A program made the position numbers and the translations under genes. Shown here piece by piece: positions 17,231 to 27,672 of a DNA stretch of 59,249 nucleotides (positions within the stretch are counted from its first letter, which is position 1; every line of letters begins with the position of its first letter). The notes below the pieces were generated by a model. It saw nothing but the letters and a program-made list of their open reading frames with translations, made no database searches and had not been told where the DNA came from. Source of the stretch: Chloroflexota bacterium (GTDB taxonomy: Bacteria; Chloroflexota; Limnocylindria; P2-11E); assembly GCA_031394155.1 (NCBI GenBank), contig JANMWW010000288.1:1-59249 (forward strand), written 5' to 3'.

Positions 17231-18246
17231 GGGATGCGGTTGAACCAGAACAGCGAGAGCGCGGCCGCGATCACCGAGAACACCGCGGCGATCGCGGTGA
17301 GGATCGCGGTGATCTCGGTCTTCTGCTGACGGAAGACCAGTTGCGTTGACAGATTTTCGTACACCGCCCGCAGATCCTTCTCATTCGATGCGTTGAAATA
17401 CTGCCCATCGGTCCCTTCGGCGATCGCCTTCAGCGTCGCTTCGTCCAGTCGGGTGCGCACGGAGCGGCCCTGGATGCGCACGACCGTGCCTTCCGCGCTC
17501 CCGAGACCGACGGTGTAGACGCGGATGCCGCGGCTTGCGGCATCCTCGATGACCTGCTGCGGCGCGGGGAACTGGTTGTTCTGTCCGTCTGACAGCAGCA
17601 CGATCGTCGCGGTGTGATCGGCGCCGACCGGGACCGGCGGAGGCGTCGGGCCCGTGGGCTCGCCCGCCAGACGGTGGAGCGCGATGACGCTCGGCGCGGT
17701 CTCCTCGGAGTCCAAGAAGATCGCATCGAGTGACGCGAGCATGCCCCGTCCGATCGCGGTCGCTCGCTGCGGCCGAAGCCGGTTGATCGCCGCGATCACC
17801 ATGTCGTGGTCTTTCGTCGGCGTCTGCACGATCTGCGCGTCGCCACTGAACGCGACGACTCCGAGCTTCACATCGGGACCCTGCTTCGCGACGAACAGCT
17901 TGGCCGCGTCCTTTGCCGCTTCCATGCGGTTCGGCTTCAGGTCTTCGGCCAGCATGCTTCCGGAGACGTCGATCGCGAGGATGACCGTGCCTTCCTGTAC
18001 CGGAACGACGACGACCGTCTCGGGTCGCGCCGTGCCGAGCGCCATGAAGAACAGCCCGATCAGGAACAGAGCCGGCGGGATGTGCCGCTTGCGGCCCGGT
18101 CCCTTGCCGAGGGCTTCGCGGACCAGCGAGAGGCTCGCGTAGCGGAGCGCGTACTTCTGGCGGCGTCGCTGCGCCCACACGTACGCGGCAATGAGCGTCG
18201 GCACGACGAGGACGAGGTACAGATTGCCTGGCCAGAGGAAGTTCAT
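17227..18246 (-). CDS. VWA-domain membrane protein (BatA-like)
   Basis: Start at MNFLWPGNLYLVLVVPTLIAAYVW (ATG 18246). MIDAS motif ILAIDVSGSM. C-terminal TM segment. Confidence 0.85.
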   Translation of the reverse strand: MNFLWPGNLYLVLVVPTLIAAYVWAQRRRQKYALRYASLSLVREALGKGPGRKRHIPPALFLIGLFFMALGTARPETVVVVPVQEGTVILAIDVSGSMLAEDLKPNRMEAAKDAAKLFVAKQGPDVKLGVVAFSGDAQIVQTPTKDHDMVIAAINRLRPQRATAIGRGMLASLDAIFLDSEETAPSVIALHRLAGEPTGPTPPPVPVGADHTATIVLLSDGQNNQFPAPQQVIEDAASRGIRVYTVGLGSAEGTVVRIQGRSVRTRLDEATLKAIAEGTDGQYFNASNEKDLRAVYENLSTQLVFRQQKTEITAILTAIAAVFSVIAAALSLFWFNRIP

Positions 18247-18268
18247 GACGAAAGACCGATCACGATCA

Positions 18269-19166
18269 TTAGGCCACCTTGCCCGGCTGCGCTCGCCCGC
18301 GCGAGCGACGCAACTTTCGCATGGTCGCGAATCGGACGATGGACCGGACGAGATCCTCTTCGGTGGAAAGCTCCAACGCGTCGACGCCGGCACGGCGGAA
18401 CGTCGCGCGCAGCATCTCTTCGCGCTTGCCGACGACCGCGGCGAACCGGGCGCGGAACTTCCGGTCATTCGTGTCCACCCACAGGTGCTCACCGGTCTCG
18501 GCGTCGTTCATCACGACCGTGCCGATCTCGGGCAGCTCGCGCTCGCGCGGATCGGTCAGGCGCACCGCGAGAACTTCGTGGCGGCGCGACAGCTCGGTGA
18601 GCGCGCGCTCCCAGCCGGGAGTCGTGAAGAAGTCCGAGATGATGAAGACGAGCGAGCGCCGCCGCACTTGACGGAGACCCGTCTCCAGGAGCTCCGTCAG
18701 CGAGGTCGCCGGCGCCTTCTCGAGACGCGGGCGCTTCTCGAGCTGATCGACCAGGCGCAGCACCTGCACGCGGCCGCCGCTCGCCGGAACGATCCGCTCG
18801 ACGCCCTTGCCATACACGACGGCGCCGACCCTGTTGCCGTGACGCGTGAGTAGCCGCGAGAGGACTGCGACGAAGTCGATGAGCAGATCGCGCTTCAGTG
18901 CGGTCGCCGTGCCGAAGTCGACCGAAGGCGACACGTCGAGAAGGAAGTGCGCCGTGATCTCGCGATCCTCGTGGTATTCGCGCACGTACGGCGTGTCCAT
19001 GCGCGCGGTGACGTTCCAGTCGATGTGTCGCACGTCGTCGCCGGCGACGTATTCACGGATGTCAGCCAGGTCCATGCCGTAGCCGCGGAACAACGTGCGG
19101 TAGTCGCCCTGAAGCAGACCGTCCAGGCGGCGGATTACGGTCCACTCCAGCCGGCGCAGCCGGCTG

Positions 19167-19180
<14 letters not shown>
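18269..19180 (-). CDS. DUF58 protein (MoxR-associated); start codon unresolved
   Basis: The track ORF starts at TTG 19093 (MFRGYGMDLADIREYVAGDDVRHIDWNVTAR). The in-frame upstream codons read LRAPDSRLRRLEWTVIRRLDGLLQGDYRT, which looks like the conserved DUF58 N-terminus and contains no ATG/GTG/TTG. The 5' end given here is a CTG at 19180, which overlaps the MoxR 3' end. Confidence 0.75.
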
Positions 19181-20165
<985 letters not shown>

Positions 20166-20183
20166 GTGTGTTCCCCTACTCCA

Positions 20184-21041
20184 TTAATCCGGTGGTATGC
20201 CAAGCGCGCCGGCAGCCTGGTCGATCGTGACCGCGAAGCCGACGCCGCTGAAGACCTTCTGACCCGCGGGGTTCACGAGACCAGTCACGATACCGACCAC
20301 CTCGCCGTTCTCGTCGACGAGCGGGCCGCCGGAGTTCCCAGGATTCACCGCGGCGTCGAACTGAATGAGCCCGGTGAGCGGCTTCACGAGACCGGGAGCG
20401 TTGATCGATCGATCGAGGCCCGAGATCACACCAGCCGAGAGCGAGCCCGTGAGACCGAAGGGATGGCCGATGACGAACGCGGGCGCGCCGATCACGAGAC
20501 GGCTCGGATCGCCCATCGTGGCGGGAACGATCTGCGCGGGTGCATTCGCTGGACGCAGCACCGCGATGTCCTTATCCGGGAGCGTCGTGGTGACCTCGGC
20601 GCGCGCTTCGGTGCCATCGAAGAAGCGCACGGTGATCGACTTCGCGTCGGCCACGATGTGCAGGCTCGTCAGAATGTCGGCCATGTCGTCGACGATCACG
20701 CCGGCGCCCGAAGACGGCTCGCCGGCCCCGGTCGTGGCGATCACCTGGACCACGGATGGCTGGATGTGCGCGTAGACCAGCGCGGCGAGAGGCGGCGTGG
20801 CGGTCGGCGTCGGGATCGCGCGCGCCGCGTCGAGAGCGCGGAAGCCACCCTCCTGAACGGCGCCGATGAGGACCCACGTCGCGAAGAGCAGTCCGAGGAT
20901 CGCGAGCGGGGCGCTGGCGCGCCGCCAGATCCGCGTCCGGAGGGGTGTCTTGGGGGCTGGGACCGGCGCTTCCGGCTCAGGCGCCGGCTTCCCAGGTTCC
21001 GGGAAGGACCCATACGGGCGGTCGGACCGGGACAACGTCAT
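20184..21041 (-). CDS. membrane-anchored trypsin-like (S1C) serine protease without PDZ domain
   Basis: An N-terminal Pro-rich tail and one TM segment. Catalytic signatures: LTSLHIV, DIAVLR, NPGNSGGPLVD. Confidence 0.85.
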   Translation of the reverse strand: MTLSRSDRPYGSFPEPGKPAPEPEAPVPAPKTPLRTRIWRRASAPLAILGLLFATWVLIGAVQEGGFRALDAARAIPTPTATPPLAALVYAHIQPSVVQVIATTGAGEPSSGAGVIVDDMADILTSLHIVADAKSITVRFFDGTEARAEVTTTLPDKDIAVLRPANAPAQIVPATMGDPSRLVIGAPAFVIGHPFGLTGSLSAGVISGLDRSINAPGLVKPLTGLIQFDAAVNPGNSGGPLVDENGEVVGIVTGLVNPAGQKVFSGVGFAVTIDQAAGALGIPPD

Positions 21042-21094
21042 GTGGAGAACACCAGTGTACGTGTGGGGTACCCGCGTTCCGGCCCCCCGGTTGC

Positions 21095-21976
21095 ATGGAC
21101 GAGGGCAGATTGAGAGCGCTTCTCGTGGTCAATCCAGCTGCAGGCCATCGGACGGCAGGTCCCACCGATCTCGAGGAGGCGATCTCGGTCCTCCGGGCCG
21201 CGGGCTTCACGATCGAGATCGCCGAGACCGCGCCGGATCATCCGACGTCCGCCGACCTCGCGCGCCGCGCGATCGCGGAACGCTACGACACCTGCATCGT
21301 CGCTGGCGGAGATGGAACGGTCCAGCCCGCTGCCGCCGCCCTCCTCGATTCGGACGTGACCCTCGGGATCCTTCCGTTCGGAAGCTTCATGAACATCGCG
21401 CATGGGCTCGGCATCCCCCTCACGCCGATCGACGCCGCTGCCGTGATCGCGAAGCGCAACGTTCATCGTGCCGACGTCGGCGAGGTACATGGGTCGTTGT
21501 TCTTCGAGACGGCCGGGGTCGGACTGGACGCGGAGCTCTTCGGCGCCGCTCGGAGCGCGGAGCGCCACAAATGGCTGCACGCGGCCGATCGCGTGTGGCG
21601 CTACCTCACGCAAGGCACGCATCGCGTACGCATCACGATCGACGGCAAGACGTACGCGCACCGCGTCATGCAGATCCTCGTGCTCAACAGCCCGTACTAC
21701 GCGTGGGCGCTGCCACTGCTCCCCGAGGGCGTGAGCATGGAGGACGGCGTCCTCGATGTCGCGGTCTTCCCGCGCATGGGTCGCATCGCCTTGCTTCGAT
21801 CGCTCATCTCGGTGATGCGCGCGCGGCGGCTTCTCCAGAAGCCCGTGCGTTATCGCGGCGGCCGCATCTCGATGACATCCGACGATCCGATGACCGTGCA
21901 TGCCGACGGTCGAGTCGCTGGGACGCTGCCGGCGGAGTTCAACTGCCGCCGCGGCGCGCTCCGGGTGTTCGCCTAG
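21095..21976 (+). CDS. diacylglycerol/lipid kinase family protein (YegS/BmrU type)
   Basis: Start at MDEGRLRALLVVNPAAGHR (ATG 21095). Motif IVAGGDGTV. Confidence 0.85.
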   Translation: MDEGRLRALLVVNPAAGHRTAGPTDLEEAISVLRAAGFTIEIAETAPDHPTSADLARRAIAERYDTCIVAGGDGTVQPAAAALLDSDVTLGILPFGSFMNIAHGLGIPLTPIDAAAVIAKRNVHRADVGEVHGSLFFETAGVGLDAELFGAARSAERHKWLHAADRVWRYLTQGTHRVRITIDGKTYAHRVMQILVLNSPYYAWALPLLPEGVSMEDGVLDVAVFPRMGRIALLRSLISVMRARRLLQKPVRYRGGRISMTSDDPMTVHADGRVAGTLPAEFNCRRGALRVFA

Positions 21977-21991
21977 CGGGGAGGCGCGCTC

Positions 21992-22282
21992 ATGTCGACA
22001 CTCGTCTATTACGAATGCCGCGACGCTCACCATCTCGCCGCACCATCCCGCTACGGCATCGGAGGGATCGTGTTCCGCCATGGCACCGCCGCTTACTGCG
22101 ACGGGCTCGGCACTGATACGCAACATGACTGGGTGCCCACCGGCGGTGTGCCGATCGAGTCACTCATCCGCGCACCGCGCATCGAGACGACGAGGGGGGA
22201 ACGCGACGGCGGCTCAACTGCGCGAACCGGGCACGTACCGAACGACAGCCGGCACGCTGATCCACTTCCGGCCCACCCCTGA
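21992..22282 (+). CDS. hypothetical ORF, possibly the 5' part of a frameshifted gene
   Basis: GGGGAGG lies 8 nt upstream of the ATG. Sequence begins MSTLVYYECRDAHHLAAPSRYGIGGIVFRHGTAAYCDG.. After a G6 run (22194-22199) a second frame also looks coding and continues to the receiver remnant. Confidence 0.3.
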   Translation: MSTLVYYECRDAHHLAAPSRYGIGGIVFRHGTAAYCDGLGTDTQHDWVPTGGVPIESLIRAPRIETTRGERDGGSTARTGHVPNDSRHADPLPAHP

Positions 22283-22439
22283 CGGTCGGATCGTTCTCGA
22301 TCTCGAGGTCGAGGACGACACCCTGCGCGGCAGACTCGGCGGTGACATGCTGGTGAAGCTCTCCGATGATCCGTACTCGCCGGATGTACAGCCGCGGTAC
22401 GCGGGCCCGGAGCATTCGCGGACTAGTTTCACGGATCAG

Positions 22440-22675
22440 CCGAAGGTGCTCGTCATCGATGATGACGATGCGCTCGCCGAGGTCGTGCGTCAGCTGCTGT
22501 GCGACGCCGGTCAGCTCGATCTGTCGATGCCCATAGTTCATGGCTGGTCGTTCGTGTCGCAATACCGCCGGATCGCGAGTGAAGGCGCGCGGATCATCCT
22601 GATGGCTACATCACCAAGCCATTCGACATCGACAGCCTCGTCGGCGTCATCGCGCGCGAGCTGCCGGCCCGCTGA
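22440..22675 (+). pseudogene. decayed response-regulator receiver domain
   Basis: Frame A reads PKVLVIDDDDALAEVVRQLLCDAG, then jumps directly to QLDLSMPIVHGW..ARIILM, so roughly the beta2-beta3 region is missing. The C-terminal DGYITKPFDIDSLVGVIARELPAR-stop is only readable in another frame. Confidence 0.6.
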
Positions 22676-22811
22676 CCGGGGGATCCCGCGGCCAGAGGCG
22701 CTCCGCGCCACCTTCCGCCGGACCGACCAGGCGCAACGCATGCTGCACGGAGGCAGTCAGGCGCTCGGCCTTTTCTTCCTCGACTTCTTCGATCAGTTCG
22801 ACATCGTCCAT
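22647..22811 (-). CDS. hypothetical 54-aa acidic ORF (below the track length cutoff)
   Basis: My translation is MDDVELIEEVEEEKAERLTASVQHALRLVGPAEGG.. GGGGAGGG lies 4 nt upstream of ATG 22811. It sits 40 nt downstream of the iron permease stop. This is a weak call. Confidence 0.2.
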   Translation of the reverse strand: MDDVELIEEVEEEKAERLTASVQHALRLVGPAEGGAERLWPRDPPVSGPAARAR

Positions 22812-22852
22812 CTGGCCCTCCCCCGCGCATCAGCGCCTCTCGTGACAACCGC

Positions 22853-23362
22853 CTAAGTGTTCTTGGTCTTCCCGTTCCTCGGAGCTGCGTGCATTTCGCT
22901 CGTCCCTGGGGCAGGCTCGCCACGGTCCTTGCGCTTGTGTGCGGGCGGAGCCGGATCGTCCTTGTCGACGATCGCCTTCTCCCGCTCGATCTCGTCGAGA
23001 TCCTCTTCCTCGGATTCCATGAATTCATTGCGGGCCTCCGGCGTCGCGCGGAGGAGCTCGTCGAGCTTGAGGTGCATCGCGCGGGCGTCGCGGTTCTGTG
23101 CGTTCTGGATGAGGAAGACCATGAGGAAAGTTCCGATAGTCGTCCCGGTGTTCACCACGAGCTGCCAGTCCGAGGAGAAATTGAAGATCGGGCCACTGAG
23201 GCCCCACACCAGGATGAGCGCGACCGCGACAAGGAATGCCAAAGGGCTGCCCATGGTCGTAGCTGTCGCCGAGGCGGCACGGGTGAACCAGTGGGTCAGA
23301 CCGCTAGGCGCAGGCTTCTCCACCGCAAGACTGTGACGTTCGCGGGTCGTGCGCTCTGGCAT
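22853..23362 (-). CDS. low-affinity iron permease family protein
   Basis: Start at [10 protein letters not shown] (ATG 23362). The core [67 protein letters not shown] is characteristic of this family. Confidence 0.8.
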   Translation of the reverse strand: MPERTTRERHSLAVEKPAPSGLTHWFTRAASATATTMGSPLAFLVAVALILVWGLSGPIFNFSSDWQLVVNTGTTIGTFLMVFLIQNAQNRDARAMHLKLDELLRATPEARNEFMESEEEDLDEIEREKAIVDKDDPAPPAHKRKDRGEPAPGTSEMHAAPRNGKTKNT

Positions 23363-23459
23363 GACAGAGCAGAGGGCACACGACATGCCAGCGACGTGGG
23401 CGAGCAAGCAACGTCCGATCGATCGAGGAGTGGAGGCGGAGTTCGTGCGTGACTGTCCG

Positions 23460-24083
23460 CTAACGCGTCGAACTCGCTGCGGTCTTGCGCGAGGGTTTGG
23501 GGTCACCGGTCGCCGCCTTCGCGACGTCGCCGCCGCTCGCCGCAGCGATCTCGGCAAGAAGACGCTTCGTTCTGACCGAGCGCGGCTCGGCCTCTCCGAT
23601 GTCGATGGGCTTCGCGTATTCGTCCTTCCGCTTCATGAGGAGCCACTTGCGGTCGCCGGTGCGCACGAGCGTGAAGCCGCCCTTGAGCTTCTTGCCATCG
23701 AGAACGAAACGCATCTCGCCGCCTCTGATCGCCTTGACCGGGTCGACGTCCTCCATCGGCGCCCACACGCCCTCGTCCCAGATCATCACCGTGCCGCCGC
23801 CGTATTCGCCCTCGGGGATCACGCCTTCGAAGTTCGCGTACTCGAGCGGATGATCTTCGACCTCCATCGCGAGACGCTTCTGCTTTGGATCGAGCGACGG
23901 GCCCTTCGGCACCGCCCACGACGGCATCGTGCCGCCGGCTTCGAGGCGGAAGTCGTAGTGGAGCGCGCTGGCACGATGCTTCTGCACAACGAATCGCAAC
24001 GCGCCGCGTGCCTTCGCGCGCCGCGCCAGAGGCTCTGGCGTCTTCGAGAAGTCACGCTTGCGCTTGTAAACATCGAGGCCCAG
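23460..24083 (-). CDS. stand-alone LigD-type 3'-phosphoesterase (PE) domain protein; start codon unresolved
   Basis: The track ORF starts at TTG 23999 ([29 protein letters not shown]). The in-frame upstream codons read [30 protein letters not shown], i.e. the conserved Y..KRDF..TPEP N-terminal motif, with no ATG/GTG/TTG before an in-frame TGA. The 5' end given here is CTG 24083. An ATC at 24101 is an alternative. Confidence 0.8.
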   Translation of the reverse strand: MGLDVYKRKRDFSKTPEPLARRAKARGALRFVVQKHRASALHYDFRLEAGGTMPSWAVPKGPSLDPKQKRLAMEVEDHPLEYANFEGVIPEGEYGGGTVMIWDEGVWAPMEDVDPVKAIRGGEMRFVLDGKKLKGGFTLVRTGDRKWLLMKRKDEYAKPIDIGEAEPRSVRTKRLLAEIAAASGGDVAKAATGDPKPSRKTAASSTR

Positions 24084-24087
24084 GCGC

Positions 24088-24285
24088 TTAGTCGCCGCGA
24101 TCCTTCATCCCCTTCGGCGCCTTCATTTTCGCATCGACCTTTCGGTCACGTGCCACGGAGCGCCCCGTCTTCACCTGATCCGTCGTGAACTGTCCGCCGC
24201 TGTCCCGACGAACGAAGCGGCTCGTTCCGCTCCCGCCTGGTTTGATCACTTCGCGCTTGCCCTTTGGCGATCCTGCTTTGGCCAT
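24088..24285 (-). CDS. hypothetical small basic protein (65 aa)
   Basis: Internal ATG 24285, preceded by GAAGGAGG 7 nt upstream. Sequence: MAKAGSPKGKREVIKPGGSGTSRFVRRDSGGQFTTDQVKTGRSVARDRKVDAKMKAPKGMKDRGD. I recognise no family. Confidence 0.55.
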   Translation of the reverse strand: MAKAGSPKGKREVIKPGGSGTSRFVRRDSGGQFTTDQVKTGRSVARDRKVDAKMKAPKGMKDRGD

Positions 24286-24706
24286 GCTCGAACCTCCTTC
24301 ATGTGTCTCTGCGTCTCGATGCATGGGCCCGGCCAACGTGCGTGGCACTGACCGTGCGTACGAGCCGTCACGTGGAAGACAAACCGGTCGAGGTGGCCAC
24401 CCACCACCCTGTCTTTTGTGCGTCCTCACGGCATGCACCCGCATATCGACGGCTCCGGCACTCGTTGAAGAGGTCATCCGACAACGCGAACGCGATAGCA
24501 GCCTCGATGCCGTTGGGTGCCGTCACGCCTGGGTACTTCACCTAGGCGGCGAAGAGCTCGCTCACCTGCCAGTCGCGTTCGGCGAGAAGCTCGTGCGCGC
24601 GTCGCACGTCCTCCGTATCGAGCGGCGGGCGCGCACCGAGACGCGGGATCCGCGCGTTGAGCCAAGGCACAGGCAGAAGGAATGCCAGACGAAATAGCCT
24701 AGGCGC

Positions 24707-25273
24707 GTGCGCATGCGAGATCTGGCGCGGGCCTGGTTCGCGATCGGCACGCAGTCGGTCGGAGGTGGAGCGAGCACGCTCATGCTCATACGCCGTCACA
24801 TCCTCGAGCGAAATCGCTGGGTCACGGCACGCGAATTCAACGAAGATTGGGCGCTGTCACAGATCTCGCCGGGCATTCACCTCGTCGCGCTCGCGGGGCT
24901 GCTCGGGCGGCGCATCGCCGGATGGCGCGGCGTCACCGTGGCGGTCGTCTCGATGATGGTCCCGGCCGCGATCGTGACGACGCTCATGACCGCGGCGTAC
25001 GCGTCGTTCGCCGATCACCCGATCGCGCAGGCGGCGCTCGCGGGCATGGCTCCGGCGACAGGCGGCATGACCATCGCGCTCGCGGCCGTCCTGATACGCG
25101 AGACCCGAAGGCACGGCCGACGCGTCGTCGTCGACTTCGCCGTCGTGGCCGCGGCGTTCGCGATCCTTGCGCTCGCGCGCACGTCGAGCATCGCGGTGAT
25201 CGGCATCGCCGCCGCGCTCGGAGCGCTCGTGCTCGGGCGCGAGCGTCCAACCTCGGACCGAGCGACGGAGTGA
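24707..25273 (+). CDS. chromate transporter family protein, short-chain, first half
   Basis: FAIGTQSVGGGASTLMLIRRHILERNRWVTAREF..LSQISPG: the CHR-family signature. Confidence 0.85.
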   Translation: MRMRDLARAWFAIGTQSVGGGASTLMLIRRHILERNRWVTAREFNEDWALSQISPGIHLVALAGLLGRRIAGWRGVTVAVVSMMVPAAIVTTLMTAAYASFADHPIAQAALAGMAPATGGMTIALAAVLIRETRRHGRRVVVDFAVVAAAFAILALARTSSIAVIGIAAALGALVLGRERPTSDRATE

Positions 25274-25785
25274 GCGAACTCACGCTCTTCCTCACGTTCC
25301 TGAAGGACGCGGCGCTGTCGCTCGGTGGCCTCGGCGCGCTGCCGCTCATCCGCCAGGATCTCATCGCCACGGGACTCGCGACCGACACGCAGGTCGTGCA
25401 GGCTCTGGCCATCGGGCGGCTCTCCACGGGCCCGAACGGTCTGTGGATCGTGAGCCTGGGCTATCTCATCGCTGGGTGGCTCGGCGCGGTCTTCGCGCTC
25501 ATCGCGTGCGTCCTTCCCCCCCTCGTGATGATCCCGGCCACCGACCTGTCGCGCCGTTTCCTGCTCACGACGCCATTCGCCGGCTTCGTGCGCGGCGCGT
25601 CGCTCGCGACCGCGGGACTGCTTATCGCGACCGGGGTCGCGTTGATCGCGCCCGACACCGCGACGGTCGCGCCATGGCAGCTCGTCGTCGGCGCGGCGGC
25701 CGCGGTGCTGACCTACCAGGGCCGTATCCATCCCGGCGTCGTCGTCATCGGGGGCGCCTTTGCGGGCGTCGTCCTGGCTCGCTAG
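25270..25785 (+). CDS. chromate transporter family protein, short-chain, second half
   Basis: GTG 25270 overlaps the upstream stop (GTGA). VSELTLFLTFLKDAALSLGGLGALPLIRQDLI..: a second CHR repeat. Confidence 0.85.
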   Translation: MSELTLFLTFLKDAALSLGGLGALPLIRQDLIATGLATDTQVVQALAIGRLSTGPNGLWIVSLGYLIAGWLGAVFALIACVLPPLVMIPATDLSRRFLLTTPFAGFVRGASLATAGLLIATGVALIAPDTATVAPWQLVVGAAAAVLTYQGRIHPGVVVIGGAFAGVVLAR

Positions 25786-25833
25786 CCTGCCCGCCGCGTT
25801 ACGTCCGCATTACCTCCATAGAATCCGCCGAAC

Positions 25834-27672
25834 ATGACGGCGCTCGAGTTGATCACCCTGCTGTCGCAAGCGATCTACGTGGTGATCTTCCTGGCCGTCG
25901 GATACCGGTATCTGCGTGCACGAACGCCCGCGCATCTCGACATGACAGTGTTCTTCGGCATCCTCGCGTTCGTCGTCGTCGAATCGCGGATCGCGACGGC
26001 CGCCGGCATCGTCCCGCCTGAGTGGTTCACCGATTCGGTCATCGCGGCAGTCATCGCGCTGCCGTACATCCTGCTTCGGCTGGTGGACGACTTCACCGTC
26101 GTGCCGCGAAGCATCAAGCGCGGGGCTGAGGTCCTGCTTATCGCGGCGGTCGCCGCGGTGTACGTGCTGCAGGGACCGACCCTGCCGCCGGTCTACGTAT
26201 TCCTCATCGTCGGCTACATCGCGGGATTGTCGTTCTACTGCGGATTCCGCTTCTTCCGCTCGGCCATCCGCGCCAAAGGGGTCACACGGCGTCGCATGCA
26301 GGCCATCAGCCTCGGCACGGCCCTCTTCGCGCTCGACATCCTGGCGGCCGGCATAGGCGGTCAGATGAGCGATCCATGGAAGACGATCCTCGCAGCGGTC
26401 GGGCAAGTCCTCGGCCTCGCCGCCGCGATCTCATGGTTCCTTGGCTTCGCGCCGCCGGCGATCCTTCGACGCGCGTGGCAGGCGCCCGAGCTTCGTCAGT
26501 TCCTCGCACGCGCAGCGAACCTCCCCCGCCTTCCCTCGACTCGCGACATCGTGCGCGAGCTGGAACGAGGCGCGGCCGCGGCGACTGGCTCCGACGCTCG
26601 GATCGGTGTCTGGGACGAGGACATCTTGAAGATCCGCTTCTGGCCGCCCACGGGCGAGCCAGTCGATGTCGAGCCGGGCCGCTACTTCTCGGGCCGGGCA
26701 TTCAAGCAGCAGAAGACGCTGTTGAGCGCCCAACCCATGCGGGACGACCCCCAAGGGGCCGACGCGTACCGTGCCGCGAAAGTCGGCGCGATCATCGCGA
26801 CCCCCATCACCGCTGGCGAGAAGCGCCTGGGCGTGTTGGTCCTCTACGCCGAGCGACCGCCGATCTTCGCCGTCAGCGACTCCGAGCTGTCGCAGCTCCT
26901 CGCGGATCAGGCCGCGGTGGTCCTGGAGAGCCGAGCGCTCATCGATCACGCCGCGCGCGTGCGCGCGCGCGAGGAGGCCGCGCGGCTGAAGGAGGACTTC
27001 CTATCAGCGGCCGCGCACGATCTGAAGACACCGCTCACGACGGTGGTCGCGCAGGCGCAATTCCTCGAACGCAAGGCGACGCGCGATCCATCGGCGCCTT
27101 CGGATCTGGCGGGGCTGCAGCGCATCGTGCGGGAGGCACAGCGGCTGTCAGCGCTCGTGACCGACCTGCTCGATGCCGCGCGCATGGAGCAGGGCCGTCT
27201 CGTGGCCGACCGCGAGCCGATGGATCTCGGCACACTCGTCTCGTCAGTTGCGACGCGCCAGCGGCCAGGAGCGCATCGCGTCGACGTGGATGTGAGGGGC
27301 GCGGTCGTCGGCAACTACGACGGCCGCCGGATCGAACAGCTACTCGAGAACCTCATCGAGAACGCGAGCAAGTACAGCCCGGAGGCCACGCCCGTGAACG
27401 TGAACGTGTGGCAGCAGGACGGCGAGGCGCGCATCACGGTCCAGGATCAGGGGATCGGCATCCCGGCGGCCGATCTTCCGAGGATCTTCGAGCGCTTCTC
27501 GCGCGCGTCGAACGTAGACGACCGAAAATTCCACGGGATGGGCCTGGGCCTCTATATCTGTCGCGGCATCGTCGAGGAGCACGGCGGACGCATCTGGGCC
27601 GAAAGCGAGATCGGGAAGGGATCGACGTTCCACGTCGCACTCCCGCTCGGAGAAGAGAGGAGACTCAACTAG
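25834..27672 (+). CDS. polytopic membrane GAF-domain sensor histidine kinase (HisKA class)
   Basis: About 220 aa of TM segments, then a GAF domain (..GAIIATPITAGEKRLGVLVLYAERP..), the H-box FLSAAAHDLKTPLTT and an HATPase domain (NLIENASKYS, DQGIGI, GLGLYICRGIVEEHGG). Confidence 0.9.
   Translation: MTALELITLLSQAIYVVIFLAVGYRYLRARTPAHLDMTVFFGILAFVVVESRIATAAGIVPPEWFTDSVIAAVIALPYILLRLVDDFTVVPRSIKRGAEVLLIAAVAAVYVLQGPTLPPVYVFLIVGYIAGLSFYCGFRFFRSAIRAKGVTRRRMQAISLGTALFALDILAAGIGGQMSDPWKTILAAVGQVLGLAAAISWFLGFAPPAILRRAWQAPELRQFLARAANLPRLPSTRDIVRELERGAAAATGSDARIGVWDEDILKIRFWPPTGEPVDVEPGRYFSGRAFKQQKTLLSAQPMRDDPQGADAYRAAKVGAIIATPITAGEKRLGVLVLYAERPPIFAVSDSELSQLLADQAAVVLESRALIDHAARVRAREEAARLKEDFLSAAAHDLKTPLTTVVAQAQFLERKATRDPSAPSDLAGLQRIVREAQRLSALVTDLLDAARMEQGRLVADREPMDLGTLVSSVATRQRPGAHRVDVDVRGAVVGNYDGRRIEQLLENLIENASKYSPEATPVNVNVWQQDGEARITVQDQGIGIPAADLPRIFERFSRASNVDDRKFHGMGLGLYICRGIVEEHGGRIWAESEIGKGSTFHVALPLGEERRLN

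Noticed and set aside
24081-24104. Programmed +1 frameshift (prfB-like) fusing the small basic ORF to the LigD-PE frame
   Set aside because: The sequence around the TAA (GAC TAA G) offers no slippery codon that could re-pair in the +1 frame. Non-canonical initiation or reinitiation is the simpler explanation.
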